Program-made: the position numbers and the translations under genes
The notes under the pieces: model-generated
Databases searched by the model: none
What the model saw: only the letters and a program-made list of their open reading frames with translations
What the model was told of the DNA's origin: nothing
Part shown: positions 10,134 to 20,132 of the stretch, one piece after another
Layout of the letters: the number at the start of each line of letters is the position of its first letter
Position numbering within the stretch: the first letter of the stretch is position 1
Assembly: GCA_044356295.1 (NCBI GenBank)
Contig: JBIKWN010000015.1
Span: 1-47,178, forward strand
Length of the DNA stretch: 47,178 nucleotides
From: Bdellovibrionota bacterium
GTDB taxonomy: Bacteria; Bdellovibrionota_C; UBA2361; JBIKWN01
Direction of reading: 5' to 3'

Positions 10134-11481
10134 GCTCTATTACCTCTGCAATATCAGTTGCATGACGTTTACATGAATCTTCATCTTCACACTCTACCAT
10201 CACACGGGCCTTGTTCTCAGTTCCCGAATATCTTACTAATATTCTTCCAGTATCTTTTAGTTCTTTTTCTTTTTGAGCAATGGCAATCCTAAGAGGTTCG
10301 ACAGAATCAATAGGAGGTTTCGATGAAACTTGAATATTAACTAATTTCTGTGGAAAACGTATAAAATCTTTTGCTAATTCAGAAAGTGACTTTTCCTTTC
10401 GACACATAACACTCATAACCATGAGTGCTGTAAGAATTCCATCTCCAGTGGTTGCATTATTCAAAAAGATCGTATGACCTGATTGCTCTCCACCAATGAC
10501 AGCACCTAGTTTTAGCATCTCCTCTAGAACATATCGATCTCCAACTCCTGCTCGGACAAGGCGAATACCTTTTTTCTGGAATAATTTATCAAGTCCAAGG
10601 TTAGACATGACTGTTGAAACGACTGTATTACCACGCAGCAGTCCGCGCTCATGAAGATCCGAAGCAACAATCGACAGGATCACGTCACCATCGAGCACTC
10701 CACCCTTTTCATCAATAAGAATACAACGGTCAGCATCTCCATCTAATGAGATACCAATCTGTAAATTCTGTTCGATAACAAGTTTACTCATTACCTCTGG
10801 ATAAAGGCTTCCAAAACCAGCATTTATATTTCTACCTGATGGTGATATCCCTCGTGCTGTGACCTCTGCACCAAGCTCTCGTAACGTTTGAGGACCTACA
10901 AGATAACTGGCACCGTTACCACAATCGATACCTACTCTCATGGATTCTAATGTAAACTCGCGAGGAAAAGCTTCTTTTAAGTAAACAGTATACCTTCCTA
11001 CAGCATCATTGATACGAGTAGCTTTTCCGATCTCTGAAGGATCAGCAGGCAAAAGATTCTTACCAGTTTCATCATCAAGTAAAGCTTCAATTTCTAGCTC
11101 TAGTTCATCGGCTAATTTAAATCCATCGGCACCAAATATCTTAATTCCATTATCTTCAAATGGATTATGAGAGGCAGAGATCATGATCCCAGCATCAGCA
11201 CGCATACTCTTCGTGAGATAAGCAGCTCCTGGCGTAGGAATAGGTCCAACAAGCATGACATCGGCGCCAGAAGCAGTAATACCAGCAGCAAGTGCAGTTT
11301 CAATCATGTAGCCTGAAAGTCTAGTATCCTTAGCAATGAGTATTTGATGCTTACCCTTTCGGCGTAAAAAGATTTTTGCAATAGCTCGACCAAGTCTTAC
11401 TAATGATTCAGGGTCGAGGGGTGGAACTGAAGCAGTTCCCCTTATTCCATCCGTTCCGAAATATTTTCTTGTCATACTCAA
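10114..11481 (-). CDS. glmM: Phosphoglucosamine mutase
   Basis: KYFGTDGIRG, KDTRLSGYM, ISASHNP, DGDADR, GGEQSGH, VRYSGTE. Confidence 0.97.
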   Translation of the reverse strand: MSMTRKYFGTDGIRGTASVPPLDPESLVRLGRAIAKIFLRRKGKHQILIAKDTRLSGYMIETALAAGITASGADVMLVGPIPTPGAAYLTKSMRADAGIMISASHNPFEDNGIKIFGADGFKLADELELEIEALLDDETGKNLLPADPSEIGKATRINDAVGRYTVYLKEAFPREFTLESMRVGIDCGNGASYLVGPQTLRELGAEVTARGISPSGRNINAGFGSLYPEVMSKLVIEQNLQIGISLDGDADRCILIDEKGGVLDGDVILSIVASDLHERGLLRGNTVVSTVMSNLGLDKLFQKKGIRLVRAGVGDRYVLEEMLKLGAVIGGEQSGHTIFLNNATTGDGILTALMVMSVMCRKEKSLSELAKDFIRFPQKLVNIQVSSKPPIDSVEPLRIAIAQKEKELKDTGRILVRYSGTENKARVMVECEDEDSCKRHATDIAEVIERELGTA

Positions 11482-11505
11482 TCTCGTTGTACTACTTATT
11501 ACTTA

Positions 11506-12432
11506 TTATTTTTTACCATTTTTAGCTTGTGATTTTACACTTGCACGAACAAGAATTTTTTCAGGTGTAATTGAACCTAATTTATATCCAGATGGTAATT
11601 CGACTTGAACTGGGACTTGAACACTCTTTTCATCGATAGTTTTTGGTATTTTTACAAATGGCAGTATCTCGCTTTCTCTGACTTCTTGTATTCTCGCTTG
11701 AGTACTGACAACCGTTATACTGACAATTCTTGGAGAAAGTAATACTACTGACTCACCACTTTGACGCACTTCAATAGGAACATCTTCAAAAGTTTTTCTT
11801 GAAGTCATTGGAGCAATGACCCCTTTTACTTTGACAGAGGCAACAGTTGACTCAATCAACTTCCCCGGCATTCGAAGGGAAACCTCTTCACTAAAATCAT
11901 CTTTTACATCTCTTAAATCAATTGGAATTGTTTGAATTGATGTTAGATCTTTAAGTTCACTTTCTGGTCCAGTTAAAACAATCGAATTTGGGGATGGAAT
12001 AACATTTTGGAGCTGTAAGTCGGATCGCATTTGACCAATAAGTGGAACTTTTACTGGCAATTCCTTGGTAACTCTTTTTTCTACAGAAAAAGAGATAGTT
12101 GAAGGTTCGATACTTAAAACTTGGAGTGGCGGCTCGATATCCAGCTCGTTTCTGGTAATTTGAGCAGTAAACTTAGTTTCGACTGATTCAGGAATTTTAA
12201 GACGTACAACCGGAGGAGTTGCTATTAATCGATTAACAAGAAAAGAAGGGCCCCTCACTTCTACTTCTACCTGTTTTTTAATTTGCCAAAGAACCATTCG
12301 ATCCTGAGGAAGGTCTCGAACATCAACACTAACTGGAATACGAGCAGAAGTAATATTGCTTTCGCTATTAACAAAAAGCCAAAGAAGAAGAGCAATCACT
12401 ATAGAAAGAACGCGAAGTCCGAGATGTTTCAT
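11506..12432 (-). CDS. cdaR: YbbR-domain diadenylate cyclase regulator CdaR
   Basis: N-terminal TM (LSIVIALLLWLFV), repeated V.V.GP / P..I...G YbbR units, and position between cdaA and glmM. Confidence 0.85.
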   Translation of the reverse strand: MKHLGLRVLSIVIALLLWLFVNSESNITSARIPVSVDVRDLPQDRMVLWQIKKQVEVEVRGPSFLVNRLIATPPVVRLKIPESVETKFTAQITRNELDIEPPLQVLSIEPSTISFSVEKRVTKELPVKVPLIGQMRSDLQLQNVIPSPNSIVLTGPESELKDLTSIQTIPIDLRDVKDDFSEEVSLRMPGKLIESTVASVKVKGVIAPMTSRKTFEDVPIEVRQSGESVVLLSPRIVSITVVSTQARIQEVRESEILPFVKIPKTIDEKSVQVPVQVELPSGYKLGSITPEKILVRASVKSQAKNGKK

Positions 12433-13226
12433 ACGGTTCCCCCTCCAGATTTAATCTTTTCTGATGGTTGGGAGATTGGCTGAGCTGAAGTATACCGGAT
12501 TAGCGCATCCCTTAACTGAGTACCGTCAAGATTACGAAGCAGCCGTCCTTCACGCGCTAACGTTATAGCTCCAGTTTCTTCAGAAACAACAACAACAACC
12601 GCATCACTTCGTGAGGAAATACCAAGCGCAGCACGGTGACGTGTTCCTAAATTAGGATCTAATTCCGGATCGAAACTTAAAGGAAGGACACATCCAGCTG
12701 CCTTAATTCTGTCACCTTCAATGAGTACAGCTCCATCATGGAGAGGGGAATCCTTAAGAAAAATCGAAAAAAGAAGTTTTCTACTGACTAAAGAATCAAC
12801 AAGAATGCTGTCTTCGATAAGATCATCAAGTCCTACTTCTCTTTGAATAACTATCAAAGCACCAAGACCTGCCTTACTCATTTTCTGAGCAACAAGCGTG
12901 ATATCTTCAACTGTTTTGTTATAAACAATTTTACCTCTATTTCTAAGCACCGGTTGTAGGCCAACTTTTGTGAGACCTCGGCGAAGTTCATCCTGAAATA
13001 AAATAACTACAACAACGATAATAGCTGAAAGGAAATTCCCAAGTATCCAATCTACCGTAACAAGACCTAACTGTTTTGAGACAACAAACATCAAAACAAG
13101 AATCGTAAGCCCAGCCAGCATTGGAACCGCTCTGGTTCCTCTTATTAAAAGAAGCACGCGGTAGACAATAAAAGATACGAGAGCGATATCTATAATGTTC
13201 TTCAGTATCTGATATTGTCCAATCAT
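12429..13226 (-). CDS. cdaA: Diadenylate cyclase CdaA/DacA
   Basis: Three N-terminal TMs, ILFQDELRRGL, SPLHDGAV (DGA motif), GTRHRAA (RHR motif), VSEETG. Confidence 0.95.
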   Translation of the reverse strand: MIGQYQILKNIIDIALVSFIVYRVLLLIRGTRAVPMLAGLTILVLMFVVSKQLGLVTVDWILGNFLSAIIVVVVILFQDELRRGLTKVGLQPVLRNRGKIVYNKTVEDITLVAQKMSKAGLGALIVIQREVGLDDLIEDSILVDSLVSRKLLFSIFLKDSPLHDGAVLIEGDRIKAAGCVLPLSFDPELDPNLGTRHRAALGISSRSDAVVVVVSEETGAITLAREGRLLRNLDGTQLRDALIRYTSAQPISQPSEKIKSGGGTV

Positions 13227-13230
13227 AGAA

Positions 13231-15063
13231 TTACACTGTTACAGCTACTGTCCCAGTTTTAAATGGTGGCAGTTCTTCTCCTTTTACGATTGCTTCGATA
13301 AGTACACTATCAAGTGTTTCACGCTCGATGACAGCTTTCGCCATTCGATGGAGTGTATCGATATTTTCAGATAGAACTTTTCTTGCTAGGTCATATGCAG
13401 TTCTAAGTATTTTTTCGACCTCTTTATCGATCAAATCTTGTGTCGCTTCACCGTGCTCTCTCGGTTTTCCAATATCTCGACCAAGGAACATGTGCTCATC
13501 ACGACTACTAAAGTGAATTGGGCCAAGAGAACTCATTCCCCATTCAGTAACCATTCTTCTTGCGATATCGGTTGCTTTCTGAATATCAGAGCTTGCTCCT
13601 GTATTCATATCTTTAAAGATAAGCTCTTCTGCAACTCTTCCCCCAAAAAATACAGCTAACTCATCATCCCAATACTTTTTCGAATAGGTATGTCTATCAG
13701 CTTCTGGAAGCTGCTGCATTAATCCAAGCGCCATGCCACGAGGCACGATTGTAAGTTTATGGACGGGATCAGCATTTGGTAACAGTTTTGCAACAAGAGC
13801 GTGCCCTGCTTCATGGTATGCAGTTGTCTCCTTCTCTTTTTCAGTCAATAAGAGAGAGCGTCTTTCTGTGCCCATGATTACTTTATCTTTCGCATATTCG
13901 AAATCAGTTGCTGTTACTTTATCCCTGTTACATCGGGCAGCCCAAAGAGCCGCTTCATTAACAAGAATCTCTAAATCAGCACCAGTAAATCCTGGAGTCC
14001 CTCTTGCCACAACGTTAAGATCAACATCATCGGACATAGGAACTTTCTTGGAATGAACTTTAAGAATTCCGATTCTTCCGTTTATATCTGGACGTGGAAC
14101 AACAACTCTTCTATCAAATCGTCCTGGACGTAATAATGCCGGATCAAGAACATCAGGTCGGTTTGTTGCAGCAATCAAAATGACACCTTCATTGCTTTCA
14201 AATCCATCCATTTCAACAAGAAGTTGGTTTAGTGTTTGCTCACGTTCATCATGTCCACCACCAAGCCCAGAACCTCTATGACGCCCTACCGCATCTATCT
14301 CATCAATAAAAATAATACACGGAGCGTTCTTTTTACCTTGAATAAAAAGATCACGAACTCGTGAAGCACCAACACCAACAAACATCTCGACAAAGTCTGA
14401 ACCTGAAATACTAAAAAACGGCACACCAGCTTCTCCAGCTATTGCTTTTGCCATTAACGTTTTTCCAGTTCCAGGACTTCCTACAAGAAGTACACCTTTT
14501 GGAATTCGTCCACCAAGTTTAGTAAATTTTTTCGGGTCTTTTAGAAATTCAATAATCTCTTCCAACTCAGCACGAGCCTCATCAATCCCAGCAACATCAG
14601 CAAAAGTTACCTTGTTGTGACTCTCAGTTAATAATTTCGCACGAGATTTACCAAAGCTCATCCCTTTACCTGCGCCCATTTGCATTTGGCGCATAAGAAA
14701 AAACCAAATACCTAGAAACAGCAAAATTGGAAAAATCTGAGAAAGAATCACCACGTACCATGACTGACTTTCTTGAGGTTCAACTTTAATCTTGACGTTT
14801 GCATCTCTTAACTGCGGAATAAGTTCTTTGTCTGCTTGAGGTGATACTGTTTTAAAAACTCCAGTCTTATCAGTACGCTCCCACGAAATACTTTCCCCCT
14901 GAATAGTTACCTGTTTAACTTTTCGAAGCTCTACTTCATTCAAAAAATCAGAATACGAGACTTCATTTGTTTTTTCTGCACCTTTATTAACTGCAGAAAA
15001 AACAGAGACCATCGCAAGTCCAACGATGACCCAAAAAATTATATTTTTAGTAAAACTGTTCAA
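13231..15063 (-). CDS. ftsH: ATP-dependent zinc metalloprotease FtsH
   Basis: Two TMs, [43 protein letters not shown]. Confidence 0.98.
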   Translation of the reverse strand: MNSFTKNIIFWVIVGLAMVSVFSAVNKGAEKTNEVSYSDFLNEVELRKVKQVTIQGESISWERTDKTGVFKTVSPQADKELIPQLRDANVKIKVEPQESQSWYVVILSQIFPILLFLGIWFFLMRQMQMGAGKGMSFGKSRAKLLTESHNKVTFADVAGIDEARAELEEIIEFLKDPKKFTKLGGRIPKGVLLVGSPGTGKTLMAKAIAGEAGVPFFSISGSDFVEMFVGVGASRVRDLFIQGKKNAPCIIFIDEIDAVGRHRGSGLGGGHDEREQTLNQLLVEMDGFESNEGVILIAATNRPDVLDPALLRPGRFDRRVVVPRPDINGRIGILKVHSKKVPMSDDVDLNVVARGTPGFTGADLEILVNEAALWAARCNRDKVTATDFEYAKDKVIMGTERRSLLLTEKEKETTAYHEAGHALVAKLLPNADPVHKLTIVPRGMALGLMQQLPEADRHTYSKKYWDDELAVFFGGRVAEELIFKDMNTGASSDIQKATDIARRMVTEWGMSSLGPIHFSSRDEHMFLGRDIGKPREHGEATQDLIDKEVEKILRTAYDLARKVLSENIDTLHRMAKAVIERETLDSVLIEAIVKGEELPPFKTGTVAVTV

Positions 15064-15187
15064 AGTAAAATCCTCTTAAAATCAAGAAATACACTTCTAA
15101 AAACAAACACAACCGCCTTAAGACGGTAAACGAGTGAATTTTATAGGCGTTGGTATATTTTAATAATTTTAAGGCAGAAGGGGCAAG

Positions 15188-16144
15188 TTATGAATCCTCG
15201 AATCGTATTTCACCTTGGATTCGCCTCACTGTCTTACCGTGTGGCAATTGTAGCTGTGGAGCATTCGAGAGAAAGAAATCCGCTAATCTAAGCCCTGCAG
15301 ACCTTCCTAATCGTTGCGAGAAGTGATCAAAGAAGAGTTTATCCATAAACCGCCATCGAACAGATTCGATTTGCTCTTTAAGGATAGATTCAAGATGCTT
15401 CTTCCAATCCTTGGAAAATTTCTGAAATGGCAAAAGGCCTTCCTCTAAATTTGAAACTATCGTCGAATACAAAGCTTCCGTTTCGATTGATTGCTCTATC
15501 TGGTCGGAAATAACCTCATCTATTGAGTTTCCGTATTGCGCTCGTAATGTAGGAATAACGACATTTCTAGTGCGATTCCTGAGATATTCATTATCTGCAT
15601 TTGTCTCATCCTCAACCCACTCGAGAGATTTCTTTCTAGCATAATCTTCTATTTGTGCCTTTGAAAAATTCAAAAGTGGTCTTAAGAGAGAGCGCCTCTC
15701 TTCAAAAGGCAACATTGGTGAGAATGGTTTGTTTGAAAAAAGCCTCATCAGATACAACTCATGTTGGTCACTTTTGGTATGGGCGGTTACTACGGCATCT
15801 GCTTGAAAGGAATCTTTAAGCTCTTTAAAAAATGTATAACGAACCTGCCTACCCCAACCTTCCATGTTTCCCTTATCGGGAGGTGTTGCATCGAAAGTGC
15901 GAATTGGAATCTTGTATCGACTTGCAAGTACATTAACAAAATCAGCATCCCGACGACTTGATTCTCTTAAATTGTGATTTACATGAGCTACTATGATTTT
16001 TTTATTTTTAATGGCTTCGCAGTTCAGTACGTCAAGCAGCACGCAAGAATCAACGCCTCCACTAACACCTACTATTAAAGTGTTAAATGGTTCTACGGCA
16101 ATGCGCACTGCTTGAACTAAGCTATTAGAAACAAGTTCGGCCAC
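15188..16144 (-). CDS. tilS: tRNA(Ile)-lysidine synthetase
   Basis: VSGGVDS PP-loop, AHVNHNLR, R..RY.F, TAH...DQ.E, RPLL, EDETN.....RN..R. Directly upstream of ftsH. Confidence 0.92.
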   Translation of the reverse strand: MAELVSNSLVQAVRIAVEPFNTLIVGVSGGVDSCVLLDVLNCEAIKNKKIIVAHVNHNLRESSRRDADFVNVLASRYKIPIRTFDATPPDKGNMEGWGRQVRYTFFKELKDSFQADAVVTAHTKSDQHELYLMRLFSNKPFSPMLPFEERRSLLRPLLNFSKAQIEDYARKKSLEWVEDETNADNEYLRNRTRNVVIPTLRAQYGNSIDEVISDQIEQSIETEALYSTIVSNLEEGLLPFQKFSKDWKKHLESILKEQIESVRWRFMDKLFFDHFSQRLGRSAGLRLADFFLSNAPQLQLPHGKTVRRIQGEIRFEDS

Positions 16145-16152
16145 TCGATAGC

Positions 16153-16635
16153 TTACGCTTTTCTAATACTAACTTTTTTAATTTCAGAGCGAGCCTGGCG
16201 AGAACGAGGCAGAAGTACAGTCAAAATTCCATCTTTAACTGATGCGTCTATTGAATCTTCGTCAATTTCGAAGCTCAAAGGAATCGTTCTTTGAAACGCA
16301 CCGTATAACCATTCGCTTCTTCTAACTCCACTTTCAGGTTTAGTCTCAGAGAACTCTTCCTTACGTTCTCCTCTGATCGAGAGCTCTGACTTATTGAATG
16401 AAATCTCAATATCTTCAACTTTCATTCCAGGAACTTCAGCACGTACTGTAAGACCATGTTCATCTTCATGCATTTCAATTCGAGGGATAAAGCTCTGGGA
16501 TTTATCAAGACCAAAATTTGTAACATCTCCAAAATTGGTAATGATGTCGTCTAAGAGACCTGCTACCTGTTTCTGTACCAGTGAAATCGGAGACAATCGA
16601 ATCCGTTTTACTGGTGCTGTCCATTCGTTATTCAT
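16153..16635 (-). CDS. Hsp20/alpha-crystallin small heat-shock protein
   Basis: AEVPGMKVEDIEI, LSIRGERKEE, E..YGAFQRTIPL, ASVKDGILTVLLP. Confidence 0.93.
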   Translation of the reverse strand: MNNEWTAPVKRIRLSPISLVQKQVAGLLDDIITNFGDVTNFGLDKSQSFIPRIEMHEDEHGLTVRAEVPGMKVEDIEISFNKSELSIRGERKEEFSETKPESGVRRSEWLYGAFQRTIPLSFEIDEDSIDASVKDGILTVLLPRSRQARSEIKKVSIRKA

Positions 16636-16800
16636 ACTTTCCTCCGTTTGTGGATAATAATTGTAAGCTTAATAATACTCATAGTATAGATTTTCAAGGG
16701 CAATATACTCGAACTTTCTCGATATTCTTCAGTAGAATACTCATTCAACTCTGCGCATTCAAAAGCACAACTTCTACATCGTAATGTGTGAGGTTAATGA

Positions 16801-17634
16801 ATGATTTTCCCTGCCTACCCAGCGACGCTCGATACCATAAAAGAACTACCGCCTACCCCTGCTGTTGTAAGGACTTTTGCAAGTCTTAATATACAATCAC
16901 CGATTTCTATAGATTCTGAATACATAGTACGTATGCCTAAACGAGCACTAACGGCATATCGAGAAGTGTATTCTTACTCCCTTCCACTGCTTAAACAGGA
17001 AGGAAATACCTGTGGCCCAACGAGCCTTACGATGGTTCTTCTAAAATTAGGGGTCAAATCATATACAACTGCTGATGGAATTAGGGATACATTTTGCTCT
17101 GAACAATTTGGAACGAGCCCGGTAGATATTAAGAATGCAGCGATTCGCCACGGCTTCGAAGCGATTATCAGAAATAATTCAACAGATGAGTGTTTAAAAC
17201 ATGTCATTCGAGAAGGTGGTTATGCGATCGTAATACTTGATAAAGGAGAAGGGCTTCATTATGCAGTCGTTAACGGATTTCGAGTGAGTCGAGAAGGTGA
17301 CACCCAATATCTCGTATCCGATCCAAACGGATGGCAAAAATACATACCAGCAAAAACCTTACATAAGGAATGGGATCAGCCACTGTTAAAAGGCAGAGAC
17401 CTTGGAATGAGTAACTGTATGATCGTCATATCAAAAGAAAAAATTATAGATGAACAGTTTGGAGGTTTGATTGAGACCCTTTCAAAGCTCCATTCAACGG
17501 TCAATGTATTACAGGAAGTTGCAACAACTTTTTTAACGTTTCTGGCTAATATGACGATATCAATTTCAGCAGGAAATGCTACAACTCCACCGACAATTAA
17601 AGTTCCTAACCTTTCCGAAACTTATCCAGACTAA
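16801..17634 (+). CDS. Stand-alone C39-like (papain-fold) cysteine peptidase
   Basis: Q...TCGPTSL.MVL (catalytic Cys), GTSP..I..AA...G, HYAVVNG (His), VSDP (Asp). Confidence 0.75.
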   Translation: MIFPAYPATLDTIKELPPTPAVVRTFASLNIQSPISIDSEYIVRMPKRALTAYREVYSYSLPLLKQEGNTCGPTSLTMVLLKLGVKSYTTADGIRDTFCSEQFGTSPVDIKNAAIRHGFEAIIRNNSTDECLKHVIREGGYAIVILDKGEGLHYAVVNGFRVSREGDTQYLVSDPNGWQKYIPAKTLHKEWDQPLLKGRDLGMSNCMIVISKEKIIDEQFGGLIETLSKLHSTVNVLQEVATTFLTFLANMTISISAGNATTPPTIKVPNLSETYPD

Positions 17635-18016
17635 TTGCTCCTGCACCAGTGAATAACAAACAGATTGAGCCAGCAAGAAGGATTATATCTTTATTAAAAA
17701 GTTCACTACTTCCCTTTGGGTAAATACCAAATAAGTAAATGAAACCGCAAAGCAAAATCGACATTATCAGTGCAGATAAAGTAGTACAAAATCCAAGAAT
17801 TAAAAGTACCCCAGAAAAGACTTCAAGATATGGGGTTAAGACTCCAATAATCATAGCAAGTGGTTTAGGAATAAAGGCAATAGTTTCTATCACCTTTAGA
17901 AAAGCCTCCATGTTCTCTAACTTCAACAATCCGGCTAAAACAAAATACGATCCTAGGGCTACACGAAGGAATAATGGTCCAAACGCTGCATCCCCAATTG
18001 GCTCATTCATTTTCAT
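17606..18016 (-). CDS. DoxX/MauE family membrane protein
   Basis: LRVALG..F..AG..K, P.LE...G.LLILG..T, C-terminal GAGAISLD. The ORF track starts at 18037; the ATG at 18016 is more likely. Confidence 0.85.
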   Translation of the reverse strand: MKMNEPIGDAAFGPLFLRVALGSYFVLAGLLKLENMEAFLKVIETIAFIPKPLAMIIGVLTPYLEVFSGVLLILGFCTTLSALIMSILLCGFIYLFGIYPKGSSELFNKDIILLAGSICLLFTGAGAISLDKFRKG

Positions 18017-18061
18017 AGTGCATAGTGTACTGGTCAAACAGGACTAGGCACAATTGGTTTT

Positions 18062-19450
18062 ATGGTTAAGTTATCCGTTTTTATTTTTAGGAGAGACCTA
18101 CGGATCGAAGACAATACAGGTCTCAATGCGGCACTTTCTCATTCGTCGAAAGTTATCCCTGTTTTTTTCTTAGATCCACGTCAAGTTTCAGATCACCCGT
18201 ATAGGAGTATTCCGGGACAGCAGTTTCTTTTTAATACTCTTCGAGAACTTGATCTATCGTTAAAAAAGGTAGGCTCAAAGTTACATCTTTTTTATGGGAA
18301 AGCTGAGGATCTCCTTGATGAACTTCTTACCACGGAACCGATTGATGCTGTTTTTGTCAATCGAGATTATACTCCGTTTAGCACGGCTCGTGATGAAAAA
18401 CTTCTTTCTGTTTGCAAAAATAAAGAAAGAAAATTTTTTGCTTGCCATGATGCTCTACTCCACGAGCCAAAAAGCACAGTAAAAGACGATGGAAATCCTT
18501 ACACAATCTTTACTCCGTTTTTCAAAAAAAACTCAAAAAATCCTCCTGCCTCTATTCAAAAAAGTACTGAGCTTCATAAGTTAACGACACTTACAAACAA
18601 AATGATTCGAGATATTTCTTTTCTGGATGAACTCGAAACTCCCCCGCTTTCAGATATTTTCATGCAAGGTGGACGTAAAGAAGGATTATCAATTCTTAAC
18701 AATAAAGTATCTTTACTAACGAACTACAATACAACTAGAGACATCCCATCACTCGACGGAACCTCTGGCCTGTCGGCTCATCATAAATTTGGAACAATTT
18801 CCATTCGAGAAAGTTACTGGATGGCTCACAAAGAGCTACCTGCAGATAATCGTTTTATCTCAGAGTTATACTGGAGAGATTTTTATAGCTGTATTGGGTA
18901 CTTTTATCCTCATGTGTTTGGGCAAGCATTTCAAAAAAAATTTAATTCGCTCGAATGGGATGATGACAGTGCAAAGTTTTATCGTTGGTGTCGAGGGGAA
19001 ACTGGATTCCCTATTGTTGATGCTGGTATGAGGCAACTCAACAAGACAGGATGGATGCATAATAGAGTTCGAATGATTGTATCTTCATTTTTGATAAAAG
19101 ACCTTCACATTGATTGGCGTTGGGGTGAAAAATATTTTGCACAAAGACTCATTGACTATGATCCATCAGTAAATAATGGTGGATGGCAATGGTCAGCTTC
19201 GACTGGTTGTGATGCTCAACCATATTTTCGAATTTTTAATCCATGGCTTCAGCAAGAAAAATTCGATCCCGAAGCGATATATATTAAAAAATGGATTAAG
19301 GAACTAGAACCCTTTACCCCTAAAGAGATTCATAACATCTACAAGAATCCGATACTAAAACGTCAAGGATATCCTCTTCCTATGATAGAACATGCAATTG
19401 AAAAAAAGATTACTGAGGAACGGTACTCAAAAGCTGCAGGGAAATCTTGA
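18062..19450 (+). CDS. phrB: Deoxyribodipyrimidine photolyase (class I CPD photolyase)
   Basis: FRRDLRIEDN, TSGLS.H..FG.IS.R, EL.WRDF, GETGFPIVDAGMRQL..TGWMHNRVRM, GGWQWSAS, YFRIFNP. Confidence 0.95.
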   Translation: MVKLSVFIFRRDLRIEDNTGLNAALSHSSKVIPVFFLDPRQVSDHPYRSIPGQQFLFNTLRELDLSLKKVGSKLHLFYGKAEDLLDELLTTEPIDAVFVNRDYTPFSTARDEKLLSVCKNKERKFFACHDALLHEPKSTVKDDGNPYTIFTPFFKKNSKNPPASIQKSTELHKLTTLTNKMIRDISFLDELETPPLSDIFMQGGRKEGLSILNNKVSLLTNYNTTRDIPSLDGTSGLSAHHKFGTISIRESYWMAHKELPADNRFISELYWRDFYSCIGYFYPHVFGQAFQKKFNSLEWDDDSAKFYRWCRGETGFPIVDAGMRQLNKTGWMHNRVRMIVSSFLIKDLHIDWRWGEKYFAQRLIDYDPSVNNGGWQWSASTGCDAQPYFRIFNPWLQQEKFDPEAIYIKKWIKELEPFTPKEIHNIYKNPILKRQGYPLPMIEHAIEKKITEERYSKAAGKS

Positions 19451-19461
19451 AATTTCTACGC

Positions 19462-19974
19462 TTACGAGGATGACGTTATAACTTTTTGGAACAGCGCATT
19501 ATTTAGAATATCTTCTTCAAAGATAGCTGTCAGGACAGAGTTTTTCATAAAATTTGAGGACGGACGATCCGCAGCTAGTAGCGACTCAGCTACGAAAGAA
19601 TGTACTTTTTTAACAATATCAGAAAATTCAATTTCGTTTTTGACGATGATGTCAGAACCAGCTTTCGTATAGGTAGCATTAAACAAATCGCCAAAATCGG
19701 TAAAAACCTTGTCAGCGACAATACCAATGAGATCTGCGTGGGCATACCGAGCAAGGAATAAAAAATAGTTTTGATGAAGTGGCATGTTTTTTTCAATAAA
19801 CATCTGTGCCTGATTCGTCATACCCATCGAAGTAACAGTACGAAAATCTTTTGCAAATCGTATGAGCTTATCATCTGCAGCTGTTTCTTTTTTTAAGAAA
19901 TTTTTTATGGCAGCGTTTAAATTTTTTGCAGCTTTGAAAGATTCGATTATTTCTTGGGTTGTTACAGGAAGCAT
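19462..19974 (-). CDS. Hypothetical protein (170 aa)
   Basis: ORF convergent with the photolyase gene. No recognised motif. Confidence 0.65.
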   Translation of the reverse strand: MLPVTTQEIIESFKAAKNLNAAIKNFLKKETAADDKLIRFAKDFRTVTSMGMTNQAQMFIEKNMPLHQNYFLFLARYAHADLIGIVADKVFTDFGDLFNATYTKAGSDIIVKNEIEFSDIVKKVHSFVAESLLAADRPSSNFMKNSVLTAIFEEDILNNALFQKVITSSS

Positions 19975-20074
19975 AGGTACATTTATACTGAATACTAACG
20001 TAATAGTAAATTTCGTTTGTTAATAAGTTTAGACCAAATTACTGTGACCCTTATAGAACGTGCAAAGAAAAATT

Positions 20075-20107
20075 GGTCACGCTCACGCGCACGGTCAGGT
20101 TCACGGG
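20075..20107 (+). repeat. 33-bp hexamer-based dispersed repeat, copy 1
   Basis: GGTCAC GCTCAC GCGCAC GGTCAG GTTCAC GGG. Confidence 0.7.
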
Positions 20108-20132
20108 GGTGAAATAGGAAAAGAAGAGATAC

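Noticed and set aside
15188..16144. tilS as a truncated pseudogene
   Set aside because: The catalytic domain is intact, and short TilS forms lacking the distal C-terminal domain are known.
16636..16800. CIRCE or HAIR heat-shock operator upstream of hsp20
   Set aside because: Only a CTTGAAA box and a short ATACT/AGTAT dyad are present, with no match to TTAGCACTC-N9-GAGTGCTAA or CTTGAGT-N7-ACTCAAG.
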